64,000 bases of DNA from Callorhinchus milii (Eukaryota), in contig NW_024704743.1 in NCBI RefSeq assembly GCF_018977255.1, positions 40,550,001 through 40,614,000 of the forward strand. The letters are read 5' to 3'. The notes under the pieces are model-generated. The model did not search any database. It was given only the letters and a program-made list of their open reading frames with translations, and had not been told where the DNA came from. Position numbers and translations under genes: made by a program. Positions 14,039 to 25,121 of the stretch are shown one piece after another (position 1 is the first letter of the stretch; every line of letters begins with the position of its first letter).

Positions 14039-15576
14039 AGCTTGCTGAATGTTTACAGTCTGAACACTTTCCAGTCTGTCCTTTCACACCTCCAATCATC
14101 AGTAATAAATAAAATAATAAATAAAGTAATAAATATAACAATAACCATATCCTTATACATCAGCAGCACATCTAACAGGATGTCTAACAGGAGAACTTTT
14201 GGAAGTGTAGTGACTGTTTAATCTCTTAAACTCTCTGCCTCAATCCCTCCGTCTTGTCTCCTCTTTGCCCATCTTTCATTCACACCTGACGACTTTTCTC
14301 TTCGATGTGCTTCGGTTACCTCCCCTCTCTTTCCAGCTCGGCTTCACACCACATCGCTGTTAAGCACTCCAAGACGCTACAGGGTACTGAAGGGTACTTT
14401 GTAAATATAAGTTGTTGCTGCTGTTGTTGTTGTTATCGGCCCTGTTGGCTCCAGGGATCTGGTTCATCGGCAGGCTCTGAAAGGGCAGACCAGTCACTGG
14501 GTGCAGGAAATTGTCCCATTCAGCTCCCGTTAATCCTGCAAGCCAAAGCGCTAACGGGGTAGGGTGGTCCAAGCTGGACAAGCGGCAGGAAAGCTTGCCA
14601 GACAGTGATATCAATGGCAAGCTACGTGGCTTTAGCTGGTCAGACTCCAGCAGTTTCCCCAACGCACACTCTGGGGCCCCCAAGCCTCGGCTCTAGCCAA
14701 TTTGCGCCTAATACTGTTGGGTAAGCAGGATGTGTCCTTCCAGGGAGAAAGAGCGCATTCCATTTCAGCAATCTATCTCTGGGATTCCCACGCGTAGGTG
14801 AGATGCACGGAATTCTCCAGTTTGGTTTAAGCGTGGTGATGGGTTTACCACACGTCAGGACACACGGCTGACCAAAAAAAATAGTTGCAGGGCAAGAACA
14901 AGTCTGAAAAGTCTTACAGTCAGGGCGATTCTTAGTGTCAGTTCACTCCTCCCCGCTGTCAAAGCCTGTGTCAGTCCGTGACATTGATTGACTAATTAGC
15001 ACAAATTGAATTTAACCCTCTGATGGTGAGAGGCTGGGTCATCCCTCGGATATACGCTTGGAGCAGGAGTGAAGTTTGCCCTCACCTCTTTCAAGACCCA
15101 TCTCAAGACCCTCCTCTTCGACCCGTTTCTTTGGTCACCCTCCTACCCTTGGCCCTCCCCGCCCTGCTGACCCCAGCCACCAGCTGGGGTGCGGATCCCT
15201 CAGGCTTTAGTTTAACCAGATTAAGCCCCGGTCAGTCAGGATCATGGAGCCGTGTGCCAGCGAGGGGCGGTGGGGAGGGGTGGGGGGGGGGGGGCGTTGC
15301 TGGAGGGTGGGGGCAAATCAGCTGTTAATTTGGGGAAAATGATTAGTTATCAATTTCTGGACATTCACAAACCGGAATTCAGAGATCAATAAGAATAACT
15401 TCAGAACGGATTTGTCTTCGGGTGTAGTGACTGACTATGGGGTGTAGTGACTGTAACTCGGGGTATAGTGTCGCCTGGAGCAGCACTGGTTAAAGCTGAG
15501 CTTGGCTCAAGCTGGGTGGGGGGGTGGGCTCTCTCTCTCTCTCGGGCTGCGCTGCTCTGAGAGGGCAGGAGACAAA

Positions 15577-15973
15577 GGGGCAGGGGTTGGGCAGGGCTGG
15601 GGTTGGCCAGGCAGGGCTGGGCAGGGCTGGGGTTGGCCAGGCAGGGCTGGCAGGGGGGTTGTCCAGGAAGGGCTGGCAGGGCTGGGGTTGGCCAGGCAGG
15701 GCTGGGCAGGGCTGGGGTTGGCCAGGCAGGGCTGGGCAGGGCTGGGGTTGGCCAGGCAGGGCTGGGCAGGGCTGGGGTTGGCCAGGCAGGGCTGGCAGGG
15801 CTGGGGTTGGCCAGGCAGGGCTGGCAGGGCAGGCGTTGGCCAGGCAGGGCTGGCAGGGCTGGGTTGGCCAGGCAGGGCTGGCAGGGCAGGGGTTGGCCAG
15901 GCAGGGCTGGCCAGGCAGGGCTGGCAGGCAGGGTTGGCAGGGGCAGGGTTGGCCAGGGCAGGGTTGGCCAGGC
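15577..15973 (+). repeat. 30-bp G-rich minisatellite, second array
   Basis: Same unit as 10381-11130, degenerating at the right end. Confidence 0.92.
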
Positions 15974-15974
15974 A

Positions 15975-16708
15975 CCGGTCCCTGCAAGGGCCGGTCCCTG
16001 CAAGGGCCGGTCCCTGCAAGGGCCGGTCCCTGCAAGGGCCGGTCCCTGCAAGGGCCGGTCCTGCAAGGGCCGGTCCCTGCAAGGGCCGGTCCCTGCAAGG
16101 GCCGGTCCCTGCAAGGGCCGGTCCCTGCAAGGGCCGGTCCCTGCAAGGGCCGGTCCCTGCAAGGGCCGGTCCCTGCAAGGGCCGGTCCCTGCAAGGGCCG
16201 GTCCCTGCAAGGGCCGGTCCCTGCAAGGGCCGGTCCCTGCAAGGGCCGGTCCCTGCAAGGGCCGGTCCCTGCAAGGGCCGGTCCCTGCAAGGGCCGGTCC
16301 CTGCAAGGGCCGGTCCCTGCAAGGGCCGGTCCCTGCAAGGGCCGGTCCCTGCAAGGGCCGGTCCCTGCAAGGGCCGGTCCCTGCAAGGGCCGGTCCCTGC
16401 AAGGGCCGGTCCCTGCAAGGGCCGGTCCCTGCAAGGGCCGGTCCCTGCAAGGGCCGGTCCCTGCAAGGGCCGGTCCCTGCAAGGGCCGGTCCCTGCAAGG
16501 GCCGGTCCCTGCAAGGGCCGGTCCCTGCAAGGGCCGGTCCCTGCAAGGGCCGGTCCCTGCAAGGGCCGGTCCCTGCAAGGGCCGGTCCCTGCAAGGGCCG
16601 GTCCCTGCAAGGGCCGGTCCCTGCAAGGGCCGGTCCTGCAAGGGCCGGTCCCTGCAAGGGCCGGTCCCTGCAAGGGCCGGTCCCTGCAAGGGCCGGTCCC
16701 TGCAAGGG
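15975..16708 (+). repeat. 16-bp minisatellite CCGGTCCCTGCAAGGG x46 (two units are 15 bp)
   Basis: 734 bp = 44x16 + 2x15. Confidence 0.96.
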
Positions 16709-18985
16709 CCCACACAGAGCCCCCAGAGTGGAGAAGGCATATCAGTACAGGCCCAGCAGGGAATCTCGGGTCTGAATCTCTGGACCGTCCAGCCCTTTGG
16801 GACATGATCCCGGACGTGAAAGTCGCTTTACAAATGTAATTTTGTTGTTGTTTTTATTGTTGTTTGTTTGTCAGCCTCCCCTCCACCCCCCCCCCCCCCC
16901 CATCGCAGGCTGCACCTTGGCTTCGGCCGGAGCTGAGCAGGGAGGGAGGAAGGCACGGCGGTGGGTCACCGTCAATTACTTCAGCCACACTGAGTGACAA
17001 CAACAACAACAACAAGATTCCATTTATAAAGCGCCTTTCACGTCAGGAGGACGTCCCAAGGCGCTGCACAGTTGGGTCATGACCCGAGCAGGGGGAAATG
17101 GTCAGGGTGAGGGAAGGGAGGGAGCAAGGAGGGGGAAATGATCAGGGTGAGGGAGGAAGGGAGCTGTATGCACTTCAGCTCCATTGCAGTGAGGAATGCA
17201 GCAGCAACAGCCCTGCAATCTGACTATCTCCTCCTGAACCTCCTGCCTTCGCAGCGCCTTAATGTTCACCCAATTAATTTAATCAATTAATTCAAGGTAA
17301 TTGGCAAAAGAAGGAGATGAGGGAGGAGACATTTTTTTTTACCCAGAGAGTTGTTAGGGTCTGGAATCTACTGCCTGAAAGGACGGTGCGAACAGATTCA
17401 GTCGCAACTTTCAAAAGGGAATTGGAGAGGTACTTGAAGAGGAAAAACTTGCAAGCGTATGGGGATAGAGCGGGGGAGTGGGACTGATTGGGTAGCTCTT
17501 CCAAAGAGCTGGCACAGGCATGATGGGCTGAATGGCCTCCTTCTGTGCTGTAATATTGATTCTATGATTCATCTGCAGGGACCTCACCTACACAACAACA
17601 GCTTGCATTTATAGGTCCAGCACATCTCCTGACGTGAAAGGCGCTATATTAAATGCAAGGAGTATTATTCACTGTAAGCGTAGTGACTGTGGAAATGAGT
17701 GATCACGTTTATGTGGGGGAAATGGGCCAGGAGCTCAGTGTCTCTCCTCTGAGAGAGAGGAAGCACCCATACCACAAGAGAAGGAAACAGCAATGATCAG
17801 TTTTATTGACCAACATTGGATTTCTGCCAGTTACATTCAGGCAATTGCTGTCCCCACAATTATGAATCTGTTACTCAGCAAGCCTCTGTTAATTGCCTAT
17901 AGTTCTCTTCCTCTATTTACCTTGGATTATTGACACTCCACATGACACTACGCAGCTTAATAATAATAATAATCCTTGCATTTGATATAGCGCTTTTCAC
18001 GTCGGGAGGATGTCCCAAAGCGCTTCACAGAACACACTGTAAAGTGAATTGAATGTATATTTGTGGGCGAACGCGGGTGCCAATTGCGCACAGCAATGTC
18101 CCATAATCAGTCGTAGATTGAAAATGACCAATTTATTATTGTTCTTGTTTTTTTGGAGGGATTATTATTAGGCTCTGTGTGGAGTAAGGAAACTTGCCCA
18201 AGGTTTCGCCCTGTGCCTGGAATTGAACTCAGTTCTCTCGCTTGCAAAGCGAGTGCTCTAACCACTGAGCTACAGGACTCCAGCTTGCTGAATGTTTACA
18301 GTCTGAACACTTTCCAGTCTGTCCTTTCACACCTCCAATCATCAGTAATAAATAAAATAATAAATAAAGTAATAAATATAACAATAACCATATCCTTATA
18401 CATCAGGAGCACATCTAACAGGATGTCTAACAGGAGAACTTTTGAAGTGTAGTGACTGTTTAATCTCTTAAACTCTCTGCCTCAATCCCTCCGTCTTGTC
18501 TCCTCTTTGCCCATCTTTCATTCACACCTGACGACTTTTCTCTTCGATGTGCCTTCGGTTACCTCCCCTCTCTTTCCAGCTCGGCTTCACACCACATCGC
18601 TGTTAAGCACTCCAAGACGCTACAGGGTACTGAAGGGTACTATGTAAATATAAGTTGTTGCTGCTGTTGTTGTTGTTATCGGCCCTGTTGGCTCCAGGGA
18701 TCTGGTTCATCGGCAGGCTCTGAAAGGGCAGACCTTTCTGGGGAAAATGATTAGTTATCAATTTCTGGACATTCACAAACCGGAATTCAGAGATCAATAA
18801 GAATAACTTCAGAACGGATTTGTCTTCGGGTGTAGTGACTGACTATGGGGTGTAGTGACTGTAACTCGGGGTATAGTGTCGCCTGGAGCAGCACTGGTTA
18901 AAGCTGAGCTTGGCTCAAGCTGGGTGGGGGGTCGGCTCTCTCTCTCTCTCTGGGCTGCGCTGCTCTGAGAGGGCAGGAGACAAAG

Positions 18986-19341
18986 GGGCAGGGGCTGGGT
19001 AGGGCTGGGGTTGGCCAGGCAGGGCTGGGCAGGGCAGGGGTTGGCCAGGCAGGGCTGGGCAGGGCTGGGGTTGGCCAGGCAGGGCTGGGCAGGGCTGGGG
19101 TTGGCCAGGCAGGGCTGGGCAGGGCAGGGGTTGGCCAGGTAGGGCTGGGCAGGGCAGGGGTTGGCCAGGCAGGGCTGGGCAGGGCTGGGGTTGGCCAGGC
19201 AGGGCTGGGCAGGGCAGGGGTTGGCCAGGCAGGGCTGGGCAGGGCTGGGGTTGGCCAGGTAGGGCTGGGCAGGGCAGGGGTTGGCCAGGCAGGGCTGGGC
19301 AGGGCTGGGGTTGGCCAGGCAGGGCTGGGCAGGGCTGGGCA
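18986..19341 (+). repeat. 30-bp G-rich minisatellite, third array
   Basis: Same unit as 10381-11130. Confidence 0.92.
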
Positions 19342-19545
19342 GTGTGTGTGTGTGTGTGTGGGGGTGTGTGTGTGTGGGGGGGGTGAGCCCTCCCCCCTTA
19401 TCCCAAGTGGGGTGGGGGGGGTTGGGGGGTGTTCTGGGTCCGGCAGCTGCTGCGAGACGTTGTCACAGAACAACTGCGGGGCCACAGCTCAGGTCCCACT
19501 GCTCCCTGAGCTGCTACAGGAAGGGATGTGCTGTCACCCCTCCAA

Positions 19546-19677
19546 CCCACACACACACCCCCCACATCCCCCCCAGACACACACACACACCCCCACACAC
19601 ACACCCACACCGCCCCCCCACACACACACACCCCTCCCCACATCCACCCCCCCCCACATCCACCCACCCACACACCA

Positions 19678-19726
<49 letters not shown>

Positions 19727-19754
19727 ACCCACACACACACACACACCACACACC

Positions 19755-19790
<36 letters not shown>

Positions 19791-20099
19791 CAGCCCCACA
19801 CCCCCCCCCCCCCCACACACACACACACCCCCCCCCCACACACACAGACCCCCCCCCACACACAGCCCACACACACACACACAACACACCCACACACTCG
19901 CACACACACACCCACACAGACCCACACACACACACACCCCACACACACCCCCACACACACACAGACCCCCCCCCACACACACACACCCACACACACAGCC
20001 CACACACACACACACACACACACACACCACACACACCCCACACACACACACACACCCCACCCCCACACACACAGCCGACACCCACACACCCACACAGCC

Positions 20100-20130
<31 letters not shown>

Positions 20131-20860
20131 CCACACAGACCCACACACCCCCCCCCCACGCACAGCCCCACACACACCCACACCCCACACACACCCCCCC
20201 CACTCACACACACCCCCCAGACACACACACACACACATCCACACACACACACACACACACACCCAACACCACACACACCCACACCCCCCCCACACACACA
20301 CCCCTCCACACACACACCCACACACCCACACACCCCACACACACGTCCAGCCCCACACACCCCCCCCCACACCCCCACACATCGCCCCCCCCCCCACACA
20401 CACACCCCACCACCCACACCCACCCCCCCCACCCACACCACCCCCACCACACACACAACCACACCCACCACACACACACCCACACACCACACACACCCCA
20501 CACACACACACACCCCACACACACCCCTATACACCCCCCCCACACACACACACACCCCCCCCACACACACACACACACCCACACACACACCCCACCACAC
20601 ACACACCCACACACACACACCCACACACACACACACAACCACACCCACACACACCACACCCCCACACACACCCACACACACACCCCCACACACACAGCCC
20701 ACACACACACACCCCCACACACACACACACACCCCACACACACCCCCCCACACACACACCCCTCCACACACACACCCACACACCCCCACACCCACACACC
20801 CCCACACACATCTACACACACACAAACACAGAGAGAGGGACAGATACACACACACACACA
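19546..20860 (+). repeat. Compound (CA)n / C-run low-complexity tract, about 1.3 kb
   Basis: Same position in the unit as 11337-12362, but with a different internal pattern. Confidence 0.95.
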
Positions 20861-21020
20861 CGTCTCTCTCACTCATGGGGCTGCACCGAGTGCAGGAGGC
20901 GGGGGGGGGGGCGGCACCAGGCAATCCGCCCCACCCCGCCCCGCGCTCCCAGCCAATCACACGCCCCGCCCCGCCCCGCCATCCCTGCCAGTCACCCCAC
21001 CCCTGGGCCGGTCCCTGCAA
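20861..21020 (-). promoter_or_regulatory. Duplicated ACAT2 promoter, 5'UTR and first ~5 codons (ATG at 20876), with CCAAT (20953), GC boxes and an SRE-like motif (20991-21000)
   Basis: Aligns to 8390-8580 and to 12363-12504. Confidence 0.8.
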
Positions 21021-23894
21021 GGGCCGGTCCCTGCAAGGGCCGGTCCCTGCAAGGGCCGGTCCCTGCAAGGGCCGGTCCCTGCAAGGGCCGGTCCCTGCAA
21101 GGGCCGGTCCCTGCAAGGGCCGGTCCCTGCAAGGGCCGGTCCCTGCAAGGGCCGGTCCCTGCAAGGGCCGGTCCCTGCAAGGGCCGGTCCCTGCAAGGGC
21201 CGGTCCCTGCAAGGGCCGGTCCCTGCAAGGGCCGGTCCCTGCAAGGGCCGGTCCCTGCAAGGGCCGGTCCCTGCAAGGGCCGGTCCCTGCAAGGGCCGGT
21301 CCCTGCAAGGGCCGGTCCCTGCAAGGGCCGGTCCCTGCAAGGGCCGGTCCCTGCAAGGGCCGGTCCCTGCAAGGGCCGGTCCCTGCAAGGGCCGGTCCCT
21401 GCAAGGGCCGGTCCCTGCAAGGGCCGGTCCCTGCAAGGGCCGGTCCCTGCAAGGGCCGGTCCCTGCAAGGGCCGGTCCCTGCAAGGGCCGGTCCCTGCAA
21501 GGGCCGGTCCCTGCAAGGGCCGGTCCCTGCAAGGGCCGGTCCCTGCAAGGGCCGGTCCCTGCAAGGGCCGGTCCCTGCAAGGGCCGGTCCCTGCAAGGGC
21601 CGGTCCCTGCAAGGGCCGGTCCCTGCAAGGGCCGGTCCCTGCAAGGGCCGGTCCCTGCAAGGGCCGGTCCCTGCAAGGGCCGGTCCCTGCAAGGGCCGGT
21701 CCCTGCAAGGGCCGGTCCCTGCAAGGGCCGGTCCCTGCAAGGGCCGGTCCCTGCAAGGGCCGGTCCCTGCAAGGGCCGGTCCCTGCAAGGGCCGGTCCCT
21801 GCAAGGGCCGGTCCCTGCAAGGGCCGGTCCCTGCAAGGGCCGGTCCCTGCAAGGGCCGGTCCCTGCAAGGGCCGGTCCCTGCAAGGGCCGGTCCCTGCAA
21901 GGGCCGGTCCCTGCAAGGGCCGGTCCCTGCAAGGGCCGGTCCCTGCAAGGGCCGGTCCCTGCAAGGGCCGGTCCCTGCAAGGGCCGGTCCCTGCAAGGGC
22001 CGGTCCCTGCAAGGGCCGGTCCCTGCAAGGGCCGGTCCCTGCAAGGGCCGGTCCCTGCAAGGGCCGGTCCCTGCAAGGGCCGGTCCCTGCAAGGGCCGGT
22101 CCCTGCAAGGGCCGGTCCCTGCAAGGGCCGGTCCCTGCAAGGGCCGGTCCCTGCAAGGGCCGGTCCCTGCAAGGGCCGGTCCCTGCAAGGGCCGGTCCCT
22201 GCAAGGGCCGGTCCCTGCAAGGGCCGGTCCCTGCAAGGGCCGGTCCCTGCAAGGGCCGGTCCCTGCAAGGGCCGGTCCCTGCAAGGGCCGGTCCCTGCAA
22301 GGGCCGGTCCCTGCAAGGGCCGGTCCCTGCAAGGGCCGGTCCCTGCAAGGGCCGGTCCCTGCAAGGGCCGGTCCCTGCAAGGGCCGGTCCCTGCAAGGGC
22401 CGGTCCCTGCAAGGGCCGGTCCCTGCAAGGGCCGGTCCCTGCAAGGGCCGGTCCCTGCAAGGGCCGGTCCCTGCAAGGGCCGGTCCCTGCAAGGGCCGGT
22501 CCCTGCAAGGGCCGGTCCCTGCAAGGGCCGGTCCCTGCAAGGGCCGGTCCCTGCAAGGGCCGGTCCCTGCAAGGGCCGGTCCCTGCAAGGGCCGGTCCCT
22601 GCAAGGGCCGGTCCCTGCAAGGGCCGGTCCCTGCAAGGGCCGGTCCCTGCAAGGGCCGGTCCCTGCAAGGGCCGGTCCCTGCAAGGGCCGGTCCCTGCAA
22701 GGGCCGGTCCCTGCAAGGGCCGGTCCCTGCAAGGGCCGGTCCCTGCAAGGGCCGGTCCCTGCAAGGGCCGGTCCCTGCAAGGGCCGGTCCCTGCAAGGGC
22801 CGGTCCCTGCAAGGGCCGGTCCCTGCAAGGGCCGGTCCCTGCAAGGGCCGGTCCCTGCAAGGGCCGGTCCCTGCAAGGGCCGGTCCCTGCAAGGGCCGGT
22901 CCCTGCAAGGGCCGGTCCCTGCAAGGGCCGGTCCCTGCAAGGGCCGGTCCCTGCAAGGGCCGGTCCCTGCAAGGGCCGGTCCCTGCAAGGGCCGGTCCCT
23001 GCAAGGGCCGGTCCCTGCAAGGGCCGGTCCCTGCAAGGGCCGGTCCCTGCAAGGGCCGGTCCCTGCAAGGGCCGGTCCCTGCAAGGGCCGGTCCCTGCAA
23101 GGGCCGGTCCCTGCAAGGGCCGGTCCCTGCAAGGGCCGGTCCCTGCAAGGGCCGGTCCCTGCAAGGGCCGGTCCCTGCAAGGGCCGGTCCCTGCAAGGGC
23201 CGGTCCCTGCAAGGGCCGGTCCCTGCAAGGGCCGGTCCCTGCAAGGGCCGGTCCCTGCAAGGGCCGGTCCCTGCAAGGGCCGGTCCCTGCAAGGGCCGGT
23301 CCCTGCAAGGGCCGGTCCCTGCAAGGGCCGGTCCCTGCAAGGGCCGGTCCCTGCAAGGGCCGGTCCCTGCAAGGGCCGGTCCCTGCAAGGGCCGGTCCCT
23401 GCAAGGGCCGGTCCCTGCAAGGGCCGGTCCCTGCAAGGGCCGGTCCCTGCAAGGGCCGGTCCCTGCAAGGGCCGGTCCCTGCAAGGGCCGGTCCCTGCAA
23501 GGGCCGGTCCCTGCAAGGGCCGGTCCCTGCAAGGGCCGGTCCCTGCAAGGGCCGGTCCCTGCAAGGGCCGGTCCCTGCAAGGGCCGGTCCCTGCAAGGGC
23601 CGGTCCCTGCAAGGGCCGGTCCCTGCAAGGGCCGGTCCCTGCAAGGGCCGGTCCCTGCAAGGGCCGGTCCCTGCAAGGGCCGGTCCCTGCAAGGGCCGGT
23701 CCCTGCAAGGGCCGGTCCCTGCAAGGGCCGGTCCCTGCAAGGGCCGGTCCCTGCAAGGGCCGGTCCCTGCAAGGGCCGGTCCCTGCAAGGGCCGGTCCCT
23801 GCAAGGGCCGGTCCCTGCAAGGGCCGGGCCCTGCAAGGGCCGGTCCCTGCAAGGGCCGGTCCCTGCAAGGGCCGGTCCCTGCAAGGGCCGGTCC
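21005..23894 (+). repeat. 16-bp minisatellite GGGCCGGTCCCTGCAA x180 plus a partial unit
   Basis: 21005-23884 = 2880 bp. The only visible variant is T>G at 23828. Confidence 0.97.
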
Positions 23895-24549
23895 TTAAAC
23901 AAGCATCACATAGAAATTTTCCTTTGAAACTATTACGTTAAATTTTGAATGGTACAATATTAAAAATGTATTGAGCAGTAACCTATCTTAATTCTGACGT
24001 TAGAAAGATCCAAAAATAAAATTTGCACAGTTAAGACTTTCAAGGGTTATAATAACCTTACATTACTATTTAATACTACAGGAGTTCTTCATGTTCCTGG
24101 TCAGAGTTTCTCAGGTCACAATTCTCAGAGGCACCATACAGAAGATGTATTGTATCCACTTTTTACGTTAGGCTAAGAAACAATCATCAGACAGATGTAA
24201 AGTTCCAGAGCCAGCTGCCATCCAAGATACCTATCAAAGTTACATATCTTAGATGTTTTCAGGACATTGATGTGCGTAGCTTGGTTGCTGTGTTTGCTCA
24301 CCAAACATATGCAGCTTACCTTACTGTAAGTATATTCTGTGAAGTACCTCCCCCCATGTGAAAAGCGCGACACCAAATGTAAGGGTTATTAATAATATTG
24401 TCATTATTATTATTTGTTCGGTCACATAAGAATAGCTAATACTTGAATGTTAATAAACCAAAAAAGACNAAAAAGGAATAAAATAGAGATTCCTTGTACA
24501 TATGTAGAATATCATGAGTCATGTTTCCTTTTGTCATATTATGTTAAGC

Positions 24550-25121
24550 TTAATAATAATCCCTCCAAAACCCAAAACAATAATAAATTGGTCATTTTCA
24601 ATCTACGACTGTTTGTGGGACATTGCTGTGCGCAATTGGCTGCCGCGTTCGCCCACAAATATACAGTCAATTCACTTTACAGTGTGTTCTGTGAAGCGCT
24701 TTGGGACGTCCTCCTGAAGTGAAAAGCGCTATATCAAATGCAAGGATTATTATTATTATTATTATTATTATTATTTGTTCGGTCACATAAGAATAGCTAA
24801 TACTTGAATGTTAATAAACCAAAAAAGACAAAAAAGGAATAAAATAGAGATTCCTTGTACATATGTAGAATATCATGAGTCATGTTTCCTTTTGTCATAT
24901 TATGTTAAGCTTAATAATAATCCCTCCAAAACCCAAAACAATAATAAATTGGTCATTTTCAATCTACGACTGTTTGTGGGACATTGCTGTGCGCAATTGG
25001 CTGCCGCGTTCGCCCACAAATATACAGTCAATTCACTTTACAGTGTGTTCTGTGAAGCGCTTTGGGACGTCCTCCCGACGTAAAAAGCGCTATATCAAAT
25101 GCAAGGATTATTATTATTATT
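24550..25121 (+). mobile_element. Two 5'-truncated young SINEs inside a 361-bp tandem duplication
   Basis: 24550-24775 and 24911-25121 match the SINE 3' half. Confidence 0.85.

Larger units (their letters stand above)
13785..18027. repeat. Tandem segmental duplication, copy II (lacks the CA tract and promoter copy; carries a 46-unit 16-mer array)
   Basis: Aligns to copy I. The next copy begins at +4243. Confidence 0.92.
18028..23894. repeat. Tandem segmental duplication, copy III (about 830-bp internal deletion at ~18734; ends inside the 16-mer array)
   Basis: Aligns to copy I. Junction gggcagacc|tttc|tggggaaaatga joins the equivalents of 9287 and 10118. Confidence 0.9.

Noticed and set aside
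7402..16839. Pro/Gly/His/Thr-rich ORFs resembling extensins, collagens or keratin-associated proteins
   Set aside because: They derive from minisatellites and low-complexity tracts and are open in several frames on both strands.
15975..23894. CRISPR-like or telomere-like array
   Set aside because: There are no spacers, no cas genes and no TTAGGG; these are plain head-to-tail repeats in vertebrate DNA.
19281..23941. ORFs of 950-1550 aa in all six frames
   Set aside because: They are translations of the stop-free 16-bp and CA repeats; being open in every frame indicates no coding signal.
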